This document shows positions 1-10,211 of a stretch of 53,970 nucleotides of DNA, one piece after another. The position numbers and the translations under genes were made by a program. The notes under the pieces are model-generated. The model did not search any database, was not told the DNA's origin, and saw only the letters and a list, made by a program, of their open reading frames with translations. This DNA is from Thermoplasmatota archaeon. Lineage in GTDB: Archaea > Thermoplasmatota > Thermoplasmata > Thermoplasmatales > ARK-15. Location: assembly GCA_031961865.1 (NCBI GenBank), contig JAVRLB010000002.1, positions 1 through 53,970 of the forward strand, given 5' to 3'. Each line of letters starts with the position of its first letter. Within the stretch, counting starts at the first letter, position 1.

Positions 1-1
1 C

Positions 2-925
2 CTATTTTTTAATGTACTTTTTTTTCCAGAACGATGGATATATTCCCCGCTCAATAATGACCTCTTTCATTTTGGCAATCATGCCACTGCTCATATTTTG
101 ATAATCTTCACTGTTTATTGTAGATATTCCTATACCAATCAATTCATCTTTTTTAGTATACAATGAGACGTAATCGCCTTTATTAAATTTAGATTCTAAT
201 GAATTCACTCCTTTAAAATATAAGGGGGACCCATGTGCCAGTGCATCAACCGCAAGATCACGTACAACTATTTTTGGGAGACTGCTTGCAAGCTCCTCTC
301 CAGGGTGTATCAATTTTCGCAGATAGCTATCATCACCCTGCAAATAATAGTAATGACCATCTAACAGGTTCTGTAAAGTACAAGAGATGGATTCATCAAA
401 TATCCCTGTTCTGGTTCTTCTTAGCTCTTCCATATGTGCACCCACCCCTAAAGCATCTCCAATGTCCACGCAAAGAGTTCTGATATATGTTCCTGCCTCA
501 GTGCTAACCTTAAAAAGCACATCTCTCTTTGAAATCTCTAAAATATCAATTTTGTAAATTGTCCGTTTTCTGAGCCTCCTGGCCACAGCTGCCCTTACAG
601 GTGGCGTTTGAAATATAACTCCCTGAAAATCGTTCATCACTGCTCTGATATTTTGAGGCTCTACATCTTTATGCAGTCGCATAAGCGCTATGTATTCTTT
701 AGAGTCCAGATGTATAAAATTCACAATTCTTGTAGCTTTGTTTAACGAAACCGGTAATATTCCAGTCACATTGGGGTCCAGTGTGCCTGCATGACCTGCT
801 TTACTTACCTGCAGTATATTTTTAACCCATGCGCTCACCTGATGACTCGTTGGCCCTTTAGGCTTATCTATAAAAACTACTCCAAAGTTCAAGAGCTCTT
901 CAATACTTTTTTTTTCAGTTACCAT
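2..925 (-). CDS. cbf5: Pseudouridine synthase Cbf5 (TruB family, H/ACA RNP catalytic subunit) with C-terminal PUA-like region
   Basis: 307-aa ORF with ATG start. TruB catalytic motif GHAGTLDPNVTG. Lies at the distal end of the archaeal secY-adk-cmk cluster and overlaps cmk by 11 nt. Confidence 0.9.
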   Translation of the reverse strand: MVTEKKSIEELLNFGVVFIDKPKGPTSHQVSAWVKNILQVSKAGHAGTLDPNVTGILPVSLNKATRIVNFIHLDSKEYIALMRLHKDVEPQNIRAVMNDFQGVIFQTPPVRAAVARRLRKRTIYKIDILEISKRDVLFKVSTEAGTYIRTLCVDIGDALGVGAHMEELRRTRTGIFDESISCTLQNLLDGHYYYLQGDDSYLRKLIHPGEELASSLPKIVVRDLAVDALAHGSPLYFKGVNSLESKFNKGDYVSLYTKKDELIGIGISTINSEDYQNMSSGMIAKMKEVIIERGIYPSFWKKKYIKK

Positions 926-1451
926 TAGCTTTTACATACTCCATTATTATTTTTGAGACCGTTTCCGGATCTTTATCATCGCTATCTATTACGAGATCGT
1001 ATATTTTTAAATCTTCATAATGTATATTATATATTAATAGATACCTGTACTTTTCAGACTGTTCTCTCAAAGTTAGATTCTTTCTTATTTCTTCTTCTGA
1101 GCTTGTTTCTCTTCCAGATATTCTTTTAACCCTGACCTCGAATGAAGCAGTGATGTAAATCTTTATCGCTTTGATATTATTTAAATATGCAATCCAGCCA
1201 GCTAAGCGAGAATCTAATATTATATTATCATTATTTTCAAGCTCTTTTTTCAGATACTCATCTATTTTTATATCTATTTCGTGATTATTTTCAGAATATT
1301 TGCTAAACTGCTCTATGCTCATATTGTGATCATCAGCAAGTTTTCTAAATACATCTCCGCCAGACATATAAAAATAAGACAGATTCTTTGCAAGTAATTT
1401 AGAAACCGTAGTTTTACCACTGCCTGGTGGGCCACTGACTGTTAACTTCAT
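915..1451 (-). CDS. cmk: Cytidylate kinase, archaeal type
   Basis: 178 aa. P-loop GPPGSGKTT at the N-terminus. Conserved position between the DUF106 gene and cbf5. 4-nt overlap with the upstream gene. Confidence 0.8.
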   Translation of the reverse strand: MKLTVSGPPGSGKTTVSKLLAKNLSYFYMSGGDVFRKLADDHNMSIEQFSKYSENNHEIDIKIDEYLKKELENNDNIILDSRLAGWIAYLNNIKAIKIYITASFEVRVKRISGRETSSEEEIRKNLTLREQSEKYRYLLIYNIHYEDLKIYDLVIDSDDKDPETVSKIIMEYVKANGN

Positions 1452-2119
1452 AGAGTTTTTAACCTCTTCGTGAACTCATACATTTTGAATATGTATGTCA
1501 TCACCTGTGCAAATACTGCAGTAAAAAGCGAAGAGACAATCATCCAGTAAGGTATCACAAAATAATATGCGCTATACGGTAAATTAGAAGCCCATGGCAC
1601 ATTAAAATATTTTAGCGTTGCCATGTGAACAGGATAAATTGTTTTTTGACCTCCTAAAAATACATAAAGCCATGTAAATATTGCAATTACAATAAACATT
1701 GTGAGCATTGTTGGTTTCATCTGCGCGTTCATCATTTCCATCTGTTCAGGCATTATTTTCTGCTGTTGCTTTCGCAACTGGTTTATTTTAGCCATATCCC
1801 TGGTTCTGTATACTTCTCTGCTCACTCTCTGAAACTCTTTCATTTTGTTCTGGATCTTTCCAAACTTGATCCAATCTGCAAAATAGTGCCTTGCATATGT
1901 ATTTATCAGTGTTATTACCACACCTGCAAAGATAATTGTTAACATTGGCAGTGCTCCATTAAACCCTAACACAGGATAGAATACATACCCCACAGCATAT
2001 GCTATGCCGTCTCTTATTTGAGGAGATAAAATAATGATAAAAGAGAGCATCATGAATAGGAAATAAAATCCCATCGTGCTGCCGCTTTGCCTCGGGACTG
2101 GAGCGTTCTGCTCAGGCAT
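1448..2119 (-). CDS. DUF106-family membrane protein (archaeal YidC/Oxa1/EMC3-like insertase candidate)
   Basis: 223 aa. Hydrophobic helices flank a charged coiled segment (RKQQQKIMPEQMEMMNAQMKP). Conserved euryarchaeal position between adk and cmk. Confidence 0.7.
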   Translation of the reverse strand: MPEQNAPVPRQSGSTMGFYFLFMMLSFIIILSPQIRDGIAYAVGYVFYPVLGFNGALPMLTIIFAGVVITLINTYARHYFADWIKFGKIQNKMKEFQRVSREVYRTRDMAKINQLRKQQQKIMPEQMEMMNAQMKPTMLTMFIVIAIFTWLYVFLGGQKTIYPVHMATLKYFNVPWASNLPYSAYYFVIPYWMIVSSLFTAVFAQVMTYIFKMYEFTKRLKTL

Positions 2120-2660
2120 TTCTTATCATCTCTGAGAGCTTATGCACTGTTTCCTCAACTTTACCCTCTTTATTTTGAATGATTAGGACGTTTGCGCCGG
2201 TCTGGACAGAGCATGCTGCTGCAAAAGCCCTGTTTATGCTCTGATGCTCTTCTATGCTCAAAACCTCATCTTCATCTCTCACTCGAGTCTCATCTTTTTT
2301 CCTTCTTGATGATATATCTTTCGAGTCTGCCTCGATCAATACTAACAGGTCAGGTTTCAATTCTTTGAGCACCCAGGCAGGCAATCCTGGCAAATATCCA
2401 GAATTGGTTTTTATAGACATGTGTGTGTCCACTATAACGTTCTCGTACTTACCAATTGCCATTGCTGCTTCTTTCTGTATATCTCTCTGCCATTCAACCT
2501 TCTGTTTCCTTATATCATCTCTTGATGTTACACCATATCCCTTTGCAATGTTGAGCATTACTGTTCCATAATTCTGTATTGGGTAGCCCAAGTTTTTGCT
2601 TACTCCTTCTAATATTGTGCTTTTCCCAACGCCTGGAACTCCAGTTATTATTATTCTCAT
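2112..2660 (-). CDS. adkA: Adenylate kinase, archaeal AdkA type
   Basis: 182 aa. MRIIITGVPGVGKSTIL P-loop. Sits immediately downstream of secY, as in most archaea. Confidence 0.88.
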   Translation of the reverse strand: MRIIITGVPGVGKSTILEGVSKNLGYPIQNYGTVMLNIAKGYGVTSRDDIRKQKVEWQRDIQKEAAMAIGKYENVIVDTHMSIKTNSGYLPGLPAWVLKELKPDLLVLIEADSKDISSRRKKDETRVRDEDEVLSIEEHQSINRAFAAACSVQTGANVLIIQNKEGKVEETVHKLSEMIRNA

Positions 2661-2666
2661 TTTTAC

Positions 2667-4478
2667 TCACCCTTCAAAAAATTGTCTTACAACAGGATGC
2701 ATTTCCATAAGCTGTTCTCTTCCCATTGCCTCGTAAAACTGTATCATTATACCTACAGCCAGCAACAATCCGGTACCGGTAGTATTTCCTATAGTACCTA
2801 TCAGGTCCGCCACTGCTGCAAGTGCACCTACCGCAGCACCGCTAAATATAGTGATCGCTGGAATATACTTATCCAATACACTTTCAATGACCTTCGGCTC
2901 ACGCCTAAACCCTGGTATCTGCATGCCGCTGCTCTGGATCTGTTTTGCTACCGCCTTGGAATTCATATTTGTTGTATCGATCCAGAATATTGCAAATAGT
3001 ACACTCATTCCAATCATAAACGCTGTAAAAACGAATACTTTTATCAATTCCTGCCAGTACGTGTGCCCTAGAAACGCTGCTTGGTAAGTTGTTGGCTCCA
3101 TTAATGGCAATAGCCATTGCCCAATCCCATTGATCTGATTTAGATAATATGCAAGACCTCCTATAGGTGTGGTCTGGTTTATGCCATACATCTGTACCTG
3201 GGCAGCATTTGGATATACCCCCAGCAGGGGATTGTGCCCCAGCAATGGTATGTGTGCAAGTGCAGGATTGGTCCAGAATATCATAGTCCACATTGCCACG
3301 TTTGCCAGCAGTGCAGTCGTTAAAATTACAGGTATATTTGACGCATACATCAGCTTGATAGGATATCTGCCTCTTGCGCCTCTTGCACGTTCATGTGCAA
3401 GCGGTAACTCTATTTTAGTACTTTCTGTCCACGCCACTACCAAAAATATCAATACCGTGCCTATCAATGCAACGATAGGGTTTGGCGGGGCAAATAATAT
3501 CGTTTCTATTCTCCCTGCATAAAGCTGACTTGACGAAAAATTGATCAGCAGATAAGCTGTTTTTGGTATTACTCCGCTTGGCGGATTTGAAAGAGAGACC
3601 GGAAGTGCAACGTTGGCAGGTATCCAGTTTATGATGCCAGTAAAAGTAGCCTGAGCAACTCCTGCTGCGATAAATAACGATATACCTGATCCTATCCCCC
3701 ACTTTGAGACCAGCTCATCCATTAAAAACACTAAATATGAACCAAAAAATATCTGCACTACTATTAATGTCCTGGCTAAAAACAGTCCTTGGCCGGCCCA
3801 TATACCATTTAAAAGAGTGATAAATGATGTAGATGGATTCAGGTACCCGAATACCTGAGGTATCGCTTCTACCAGAATCATTATTATTACCAGCAATTTT
3901 TGCGTTTGCTGATACATACTTTTGTCTTCTTCGTTTGTTAAATCAAAATTGATTATTTTAGCACCGACAAATAACTGCATTATGATCGATGCTGTAACGA
4001 TCGGCCCTATTCCAAGCTGCATTAAAGTACCAGACGCACCAGCCAATATGGCCCTGAAAGAGGCAAATACATCTATGATATTTGATGTGCTCAGTCCATA
4101 GATGAATATATTAGTAAGTGCAAAATAAAGTACTAATACTGTACCTGTCCAAAACAACTTTTCTCTGAACAGGACATGCCTGTCTGGCTTAATTACGCTC
4201 GGTAATCTCTCAGCTAATGGTTTTAAACCGTATAGCTTACTTTTCTTATCTCCATTATATGACAAAATTAAATATAACATATAATACAGTGGCGCAAGTA
4301 ATAACAGAATTACAGTATTTGGAAGCCACTGTGCCATATAGATACTATAAAAACTCTGCAATGACAATATTTTGCCCGCAATATATGCAATATAAACATA
4401 AATAGTGGCAATAAATAATATAGCTACAATTACGCTTACGCCTCTTTTTCTCGGAATTTTATCAGTGACTTCAACCAT
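2667..4478 (-). CDS. secY: Preprotein translocase subunit SecY, unusually long (603 aa)
   Basis: Polytopic membrane protein. The canonical SecY core begins near LKPLAERLPSVIKPDRHVLFREKLFWTGTVLVLYF, and GIGPIVTASIIMQLF is plug/TM2-like. The ATG overlaps the L15 stop (ATGGTTGA), so the long N-terminus appears translationally coupled. Confidence 0.9.
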   Translation of the reverse strand: MVEVTDKIPRKRGVSVIVAILFIATIYVYIAYIAGKILSLQSFYSIYMAQWLPNTVILLLLAPLYYMLYLILSYNGDKKSKLYGLKPLAERLPSVIKPDRHVLFREKLFWTGTVLVLYFALTNIFIYGLSTSNIIDVFASFRAILAGASGTLMQLGIGPIVTASIIMQLFVGAKIINFDLTNEEDKSMYQQTQKLLVIIMILVEAIPQVFGYLNPSTSFITLLNGIWAGQGLFLARTLIVVQIFFGSYLVFLMDELVSKWGIGSGISLFIAAGVAQATFTGIINWIPANVALPVSLSNPPSGVIPKTAYLLINFSSSQLYAGRIETILFAPPNPIVALIGTVLIFLVVAWTESTKIELPLAHERARGARGRYPIKLMYASNIPVILTTALLANVAMWTMIFWTNPALAHIPLLGHNPLLGVYPNAAQVQMYGINQTTPIGGLAYYLNQINGIGQWLLPLMEPTTYQAAFLGHTYWQELIKVFVFTAFMIGMSVLFAIFWIDTTNMNSKAVAKQIQSSGMQIPGFRREPKVIESVLDKYIPAITIFSGAAVGALAAVADLIGTIGNTTGTGLLLAVGIMIQFYEAMGREQLMEMHPVVRQFFEG

Positions 4479-4896
4479 CTAGTTCTACCCCGCCACCAGC
4501 TTTTTTTATCTTTTCTATTGCTTGTGCGGATGCTTTTTCAACTTTCAAGTTCATTTTTTTGGTGGGTGTACCCTTGCCTAAAAGCTTGGTAATTCCTGCA
4601 CTGGTAAGATCTACAGTCCATAAATCATTATTATGTTTAGCATGCCCAATATCCTCAAAAAACTGAAGATTTTGCTCAAGCTCCATAATGTTTATAGTGC
4701 TGTCTGGAACATTGTTGTTGTGGCTTACAAAGCCATGTCTTCCCCAGTGATATCTGTAAAACTTGTTCAGCCAGATCCATCTATGCTTTCCAAGCCCGGA
4801 CATTCCTTCTCCACCACGAAGTCCTCTGCCGCGTCTTCCTTTCATTCCATGTCCATGTCTCCTATATCCTCTAAATTTTCTAGCTCTGTCTGTCAT
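4471..4896 (-). CDS. rpl15: 50S ribosomal protein uL15
   Basis: Gly/Arg-rich N-terminus (RKFRGYRRHGHGMKGRRGRG). The ORF-track start at 4905 is a GTG inside the GGTGA SD. The ATG at 4896 (MTDRARKF) follows the SD by 5 nt. Confidence 0.92.
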   Translation of the reverse strand: MTDRARKFRGYRRHGHGMKGRRGRGLRGGEGMSGLGKHRWIWLNKFYRYHWGRHGFVSHNNNVPDSTINIMELEQNLQFFEDIGHAKHNNDLWTVDLTSAGITKLLGKGTPTKKMNLKVEKASAQAIEKIKKAGGGVELDG

Positions 4897-4901
4897 ATTA
4901 T

Positions 4902-5375
4902 TCACCTATATATGATCATATTCTTTACCAGATTGTTTATTTCTTTACCCTGATATCCTAATGCTCCACCTTCTTTATAGGACCTTTTTGTCTTTCCATA
5001 TCCTCCTTTTGGGGGCGAGAGCCGGAAAAGAGGCTTTATCTCTGGTATCTCTTTATAAACAATCTTTCTCTCTATTAAAGCTGCTGCTAATTCTTCAATG
5101 CTCTGGTAAGATGTATTCTCCCGTATATATTCATCTGTTACTGCCTTATCGCCTATTAATCTACCCTTCTTAGTAATCAGCTCTTTTAAAGTTTCTTTAT
5201 CTATTTCTCCCCATGTAACATAATCATTTACCTTTCTTAACATCCCTTCATTCTCTTTGTTTTTCTTTAATAATACTGCATGATTTATACGGGTCAATCT
5301 TAATATTTTCAGCGCGTCAGCAGTATCTCTGTTGATCTTAGTCCGTCCCCTCACCCGTATCACTATGTACATCAT
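4902..5375 (-). CDS. rpl30: 50S ribosomal protein uL30
   Basis: 157 aa. [27 protein letters not shown] is a typical L30 N-terminus. Conserved position. Confidence 0.92.
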   Translation of the reverse strand: MMYIVIRVRGRTKINRDTADALKILRLTRINHAVLLKKNKENEGMLRKVNDYVTWGEIDKETLKELITKKGRLIGDKAVTDEYIRENTSYQSIEELAAALIERKIVYKEIPEIKPLFRLSPPKGGYGKTKRSYKEGGALGYQGKEINNLVKNMIIYR

Positions 5376-6024
5376 TTACACCTCCTTTAAAAATAGGTAA
5401 ACTTACACTTAATCTGCTGCTAACTCTCATGAGGATCGTTGCTTTTAATGCATCATAAGTTGCAAATGCATAATTAACAGTAGTCTTTGTATGACCCTGC
5501 GTAAATCCCCATACATCGCTTATTCCTGCTAATCTTAACACTGCTTTTGACACGTTCCCAACCGCAAGGCCTACTCCTCTCGGAGCCGGTTTTAAAACCA
5601 CTCTTACAGATCCTGCACTGCCCACAACTTTAAATGGCAAAGAATGAGATGTATTACAGCCACATTCCCAGGATCCGCAACCTCTCTTAATTTCGATGAT
5701 CTTTAATTTTGCATTCTGTATTGCTCTCTTTATTGTAGGACCAACTTCTTTGCCTCTAGCTCTGCCAATGCCTACAAAACCATTTTTGTTTCCTACTACC
5801 ACCGTAACCGCAAAGTTGGTTCTTCTTCCAGAATCGGTCATTCTCTGTACCATCTTTACATCAAGCACTTCTTCCTCTAATCCTGGCATTAGCAAATCTA
5901 CTATCTGCGGTTCTTTTAAAGGTAAATATGATGATAATGCCTGGGAAAGTGTCGTAATCTTTCCACTTATGACTAATTTTCCTAACTTTGTCTTTGGTGT
6001 CCATTCTATGTTCTCTTTAGCCAT
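5338..6024 (-). CDS. rps5: 30S ribosomal protein uS5
   Basis: 228 aa. [21 protein letters not shown] block. The 3' end overlaps rpl30 by 38 nt. Confidence 0.92.
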   Translation of the reverse strand: MAKENIEWTPKTKLGKLVISGKITTLSQALSSYLPLKEPQIVDLLMPGLEEEVLDVKMVQRMTDSGRRTNFAVTVVVGNKNGFVGIGRARGKEVGPTIKRAIQNAKLKIIEIKRGCGSWECGCNTSHSLPFKVVGSAGSVRVVLKPAPRGVGLAVGNVSKAVLRLAGISDVWGFTQGHTKTTVNYAFATYDALKATILMRVSSRLSVSLPIFKGGVNDVHSDTGEGTD

Positions 6025-6028
6025 ACAA

Positions 6029-6517
6029 TTATTCCTCCAACTTAGATTTAATTTGAGTAATTTCAGATTCCATATCTTTGTTCAGGTGCTTTCCAGAAAG
6101 TCTGTCCGCATCAGGAAGCTTGTCTTCACTATGTGGTATTAATAATCCTGCATCTAACATCCCCTGCAACGCCGCAAATACTCTGCCACCTTTTGATGGT
6201 ACCTGCCTTCCAATGTCAAGCACTGCTTTTTCTATTCCTTTTTTTATAGCTCTCTTTCCTGCAAGATATCCAGCTAGATATGCTGCTGGAACGGTCTTTG
6301 TAGAATATGACCAGCCATATTTTTTTAATTCTATAGCAGTAGCTGATGAGATAATCTTATCTCCAATAGCTTCAAAATTCACAATCTGAACAATCGTGTT
6401 CTGCAATGTCTTTCTGACTACAGCTCTTGGAATATTAGCCCTTAACAGGTTTAAACGGGTTCTGTAATCTGTAATGTTCTTTCTTCTTCTTTTAAATGGT
6501 AACCTATTGACTGTCAT
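6029..6517 (-). CDS. rpl18: 50S ribosomal protein uL18
   Basis: 162 aa. [19 protein letters not shown]-terminal signature. Conserved position. Confidence 0.92.
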   Translation of the reverse strand: MTVNRLPFKRRRKNITDYRTRLNLLRANIPRAVVRKTLQNTIVQIVNFEAIGDKIISSATAIELKKYGWSYSTKTVPAAYLAGYLAGKRAIKKGIEKAVLDIGRQVPSKGGRVFAALQGMLDAGLLIPHSEDKLPDADRLSGKHLNKDMESEITQIKSKLEE

Positions 6518-6963
6518 TTTTTCACGTCCTCTTTTAATTCTAAATGCGACAGCAAATGAGCTCTGTTCTTAAAAGAGCCACCTTTGGCAAGCAGATAATA
6601 TCTACGATACACATGAGCATCTATCTTATTATCTGTTCTCAGCGATTTTAAAGTTTTTCTTAATACCCTTATATTTTTCATCCATCTCTGCTTTTTTGGA
6701 TACCTTGCATATTTTGTGCCTCTTCTAGATCCCTGCCCTTTTCTCAGCCCTTTGCTTTTCTGCATTTTGTTGTGCCTTATCCTGCTCCTGGAATTGCCTA
6801 CTATATCCTGTTTCTTGATTACTCCTTTTTTAATTAACATCCTTACATCGTCTCTGGATATTGCAGCTTCTATGTCTTCTTCAGCCTTTGGATCCAGATA
6901 AACCCTGTTTATCCCGCACTTAAATATCTTTGACGCTAATCTTTTTTGAAATGTTAAATCCAT
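6514..6963 (-). CDS. rpl19e: 50S ribosomal protein eL19
   Basis: 149 aa. LTFQKRLASKIFKCGINRVYLDP signature. This protein occurs only in archaea and eukaryotes. Confidence 0.92.
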   Translation of the reverse strand: MDLTFQKRLASKIFKCGINRVYLDPKAEEDIEAAISRDDVRMLIKKGVIKKQDIVGNSRSRIRHNKMQKSKGLRKGQGSRRGTKYARYPKKQRWMKNIRVLRKTLKSLRTDNKIDAHVYRRYYLLAKGGSFKNRAHLLSHLELKEDVKK

Positions 6964-6969
6964 ATTTTC

Positions 6970-7368
6970 TCACCTTTCTAAACCGTTGAGAACTTTTAAT
7001 CCCAGCTTATTCGCTTCCTTCACGATCTCTATCTTCTTTCTCATTCCTACAGTGCGTGCGATTCTGACTGCATCTTTTTTAGGGTCTAGGGTTTTCAAAG
7101 ATTCAGCATTGTAAACTAAAATGTCCCTGAATCCGCTTGAATGAAGATACCTTACCTTTCTGGGGCCTCTAAATCCACTATCCACATTTGGTGGTCTGTA
7201 TCCTTTCTGTTCTCTTAACTTAGAATGCTTACCTTTTGGCTTTCTCCATGACTCTCCAAGTTTAGTATACCTGAACCATTCCTGCCTTTTAAATTCAGGT
7301 CTCTTCTTATTCATTTTGTTTCTGATTTTAAGTAAAAGCTTTTCTTTATCATTTAAATCCGGTTTCAT
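6970..7368 (-). CDS. rpl32e: 50S ribosomal protein eL32
   Basis: 132 aa. FKRQEWFRYTKLGESWRKPKGKHSKLR signature. Confidence 0.92.
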   Translation of the reverse strand: MKPDLNDKEKLLLKIRNKMNKKRPEFKRQEWFRYTKLGESWRKPKGKHSKLREQKGYRPPNVDSGFRGPRKVRYLHSSGFRDILVYNAESLKTLDPKKDAVRIARTVGMRKKIEIVKEANKLGLKVLNGLER

Positions 7369-7910
7369 TGAACTTCACCTTTATTTGTAATATATATGCC
7401 ATCTTGAAACACCCGCGGATCAAAACCCCTGATCTTCGTTGCAATCTCAATGTTTGCTGCGGTCTGTCCTACTTTTTCTATGTCTATGCCAGAAACTGTA
7501 AGTATATCACCCTTAAGAGTCACTTTCACACCTTCTAAGATCTCTGCCGTTCGGGCTGTTTTTTCTCCGAGGAAGTTCTCTATCAGTACATGGTTCTCTT
7601 TAATTGTGACTTTGATTGGAAAATGCGCGTATAAAACTTTTAAGCTGTATTCAAATCCTTCTGTTACTCCCTTTATCATATTGTTTATGTGCGCCTGCCA
7701 TGTTCCAATAAGGCTGTACTGCTTTCTTTTTGGCAATTTTACATATAATTCTATCTTTTTACCAGCCATGCTAAGCTTTATATCATTATCCTTGAACTCT
7801 CTGGAAATTGATCCTTTTGGACCTTTTATAGTTAATATTGAGTCAGTATAACTTCCAGTAACCTTGTCTGGCAAGTCAATGCTGTATTTTAATTCTGGAA
7901 ACATTACCAT
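7365..7910 (-). CDS. rpl6: 50S ribosomal protein uL6
   Basis: 181 aa. Two-domain L6-like sequence in the conserved position between S8 and L32e. Confidence 0.9.
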   Translation of the reverse strand: MVMFPELKYSIDLPDKVTGSYTDSILTIKGPKGSISREFKDNDIKLSMAGKKIELYVKLPKRKQYSLIGTWQAHINNMIKGVTEGFEYSLKVLYAHFPIKVTIKENHVLIENFLGEKTARTAEILEGVKVTLKGDILTVSGIDIEKVGQTAANIEIATKIRGFDPRVFQDGIYITNKGEVQ

Positions 7911-7923
7911 ATCATTTCACCAC

Positions 7924-8313
7924 TCAATATACATAAGCAATAAGCTTCCCTCCAAGCCCATTCTTCTTGGCCTCTTTATGTGTCATTATGCCATGATTTG
8001 TGGAAATTATCAATATCCCAAAATCTTGAGCTGGTAACAGTCTTCTCTCATACTTTTCAATATCTTTGTTCTTTACAGAAAATCTTGGCTTTATAACACC
8101 GCAGCCATTAATGACCGGCACTACCTTCACTTTAAATTTGCCACCCTGATTGTTCTCAATAAACTCAAATTCTGAAATATAGCTATATTCCTGCATAATC
8201 TTCAATATCCTTCCTATAAGCTTTGATGCAGGCTTCACCTCTACCTCTTGAATTCCTTTAATTGCCGCATGTTTAATTGTATTTAATGCATTATTTAACG
8301 GATCCATATTCAT
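7924..8313 (-). CDS. rps8: 30S ribosomal protein uS8
   Basis: [15 protein letters not shown]-terminal signature. The ORF-track start at 8322 is a GTG within the SD AAAGGTGAT. The ATG at 8313 lies 4 nt after it. Confidence 0.92.
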   Translation of the reverse strand: MNMDPLNNALNTIKHAAIKGIQEVEVKPASKLIGRILKIMQEYSYISEFEFIENNQGGKFKVKVVPVINGCGVIKPRFSVKNKDIEKYERRLLPAQDFGILIISTNHGIMTHKEAKKNGLGGKLIAYVY

Positions 8314-8327
8314 CTTTATCACCTTTA

Positions 8328-8489
8328 TTAAGAGTACTTTCTAAACCCAATATCGTAAGCGGTTTCTCTGAAACACTGTCTGCATAATCTTAGGCCATGC
8401 CTGCGTATCAAACCTCTTTTTCTACCGCATCTTATACAGCCATCATGTCTTCCATAGTTCTTTTTAGGTCTCTGTTTTGACTGTACCAT
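8328..8489 (-). CDS. rps14: 30S ribosomal protein uS14, zinc-ribbon (type Z), 53 aa; absent from the ORF track
   Basis: Hand translation of the minus strand gives [53 protein letters not shown], with CxxC...CxxC. It fills the L5-S8 gap exactly. Confidence 0.9.
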   Translation of the reverse strand: MVQSKQRPKKNYGRHDGCIRCGRKRGLIRRHGLRLCRQCFRETAYDIGFRKYS

Positions 8490-8491
8490 TG

Positions 8492-9013
8492 TTATTTCAC
8501 CTCTATTACTTTTAGATTAAAATTCTTAACCATATATTCTATTGTCTCTTCTCTTTTCACTCTCTCTTTAGAAGATATCTTCTTGCTTCTTATACGCCTT
8601 AACTCTACTCTGTATCCACCTTTTCTTTTAAAACTAACATTTACATCTAGTCCAAATATCCCAATGTCTGGATCATATTTCATGCCTTCAAACGCGGTGT
8701 AATCTCGCACCCCAAAACTTAAGTTTCCATTATTGTCAAATGAATAGGATGGTACCTTGAAATCTTTGACCCACAATGCTCTTTTTAAAAATGTTAGTGC
8801 TTCTCCCTTTCTCAACGTTACTTTCACACCCACAGGCTGATTTTTGCGTAAGTTCCAGTCCCTGATTGTTTTTTTGGAGATTGTGGTCACAGGATCTTTG
8901 TTTGTGAGCAATCTCAAAACATTCTCTGCCTTTTTTAGCTTTTCTCCACCTTCACCTACGCCGATATTCAATACTACCTTGTCTAAAACAACCTCTCTCA
9001 TAACATTACTCAT
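8492..9013 (-). CDS. rpl5: 50S ribosomal protein uL5
   Basis: 173 aa, conserved position, ATG start. L5-like sequence ([16 protein letters not shown]). Confidence 0.9.
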   Translation of the reverse strand: MSNVMREVVLDKVVLNIGVGEGGEKLKKAENVLRLLTNKDPVTTISKKTIRDWNLRKNQPVGVKVTLRKGEALTFLKRALWVKDFKVPSYSFDNNGNLSFGVRDYTAFEGMKYDPDIGIFGLDVNVSFKRKGGYRVELRRIRSKKISSKERVKREETIEYMVKNFNLKVIEVK

Positions 9014-9719
9014 CTAATTTCACCTCTGGGATTCTGATCTCGGCTTTTGTAGTGCCAATGACAAATACATTTTCTTTAGTAGATTCAAAGCCTTCTTTGA
9101 ACTTGACACTGTTAGGAGCTGTGGATTTTGTCTTGATATAACTTTCTATTTTTGCAATCTTGCCAATGTTCTGACCACCAATGGTTAATACATAACTGCC
9201 GGCCTTGAAAGGATAGTGATCTATCACTTTGTAGTCGGGGAGACTTATTTTTAAGGTATCTCCTGCTTTATAGCTCTTCTCATCGGACAGTATTGATTTA
9301 CCGTCATGTAGTATAACCTGAATTTTTCCGCCCTTTAACGTAACTTTTTTATGGATCTTTACTAGCTTCCAGATCCCTTCTTCATTTGGAATGTTCATTA
9401 CTCTCAAAATACCGTTATTATCATAAACTAAACGATAGTACTTATCTATAGTCTTAATGTAAATGATATCCATCAATCCTACCGGGTATTTTGCGTCTGT
9501 TACTACTTTCCCATCTACATAAATGTTTCTGCTTACTATTATCCTTTTAGCTTCCCTTGCCTTGTCAGCCAGTTTTAATATATCCCTTATAATTACACCT
9601 AATGCTATGCTATCCTCAGATTTGTGAGGCCCTGCTCTAGGCTTGGCTAACCATGGATCCACTTTTCTGGGTATCTTCAATATCCTTGGCGCTGCTAACC
9701 TCTTTAAATGTTTACTCAT
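9006..9719 (-). CDS. rps4e: 30S ribosomal protein eS4
   Basis: 237 aa. MSKHLKRLAAPR N-terminus. Occurs only in archaea and eukaryotes. Confidence 0.92.
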   Translation of the reverse strand: MSKHLKRLAAPRILKIPRKVDPWLAKPRAGPHKSEDSIALGVIIRDILKLADKAREAKRIIVSRNIYVDGKVVTDAKYPVGLMDIIYIKTIDKYYRLVYDNNGILRVMNIPNEEGIWKLVKIHKKVTLKGGKIQVILHDGKSILSDEKSYKAGDTLKISLPDYKVIDHYPFKAGSYVLTIGGQNIGKIAKIESYIKTKSTAPNSVKFKEGFESTKENVFVIGTTKAEIRIPEVKLDE

Positions 9720-10201
9720 ACTGATCCTCCTTCTTTACTCTCTTCAGAAGGTTCTACCTCTGTTTTTTCAGGCTCTTCTTTTTCCTCTTTAACTTCTTCA
9801 TGAACCTCTTCTTTTTCCGGTTCTGGCTCTTCAAATGCTATCTTTTTAATTTCGGCTATCTTTCTAAGTTTCTCAATTCTTTTTTTATCATCTAAGTTTA
9901 ATTTTGTGAGCAACAAGTTAGATGCATCTATATAATACAAAACCTGTTTTTTATCAGATTTTGAAATTGTAATTCCCTCTACCGCCAATTTGCGATCTTT
10001 TACATGTACTTTAGATATTTTTCCTTCAAATCCCTTAAATTTACCCCTTAGCACCTTTACCGTATCACCCTTGACTACAGATAACGATCTTGTACCGTAT
10101 TTTGAATATAACTCATCGCTCAAATGCGATGATATGTTCTTTCTAATCACATGTTTTGGCTCCGTATAATAATCTTTTCTTACCTTTCTTGGCTGTACCA
10201 T
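9716..10201 (-). CDS. rpl24: 50S ribosomal protein uL24 with Lys/Glu-rich C-terminal tail
   Basis: KOW motif VVKGDTVKVLRGKFKGFEGKI. The last roughly 45 aa are an EEPEPEKEEVHEEVKEEKEEPEKTEVEPSEESKE tail, not typical of uL24. Confidence 0.9.
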   Translation of the reverse strand: MVQPRKVRKDYYTEPKHVIRKNISSHLSDELYSKYGTRSLSVVKGDTVKVLRGKFKGFEGKISKVHVKDRKLAVEGITISKSDKKQVLYYIDASNLLLTKLNLDDKKRIEKLRKIAEIKKIAFEEPEPEKEEVHEEVKEEKEEPEKTEVEPSEESKEGGSV

Positions 10202-10211
10202 CTTTAATCAC

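Noticed and set aside
4278-4280. Internal Met67 as the true SecY start, which would remove the N-terminal extension
   Set aside because: No SD precedes it, whereas the upstream ATG at 4478 overlaps the rpl15 stop codon in a typical coupling arrangement. It is kept as an alternative only.
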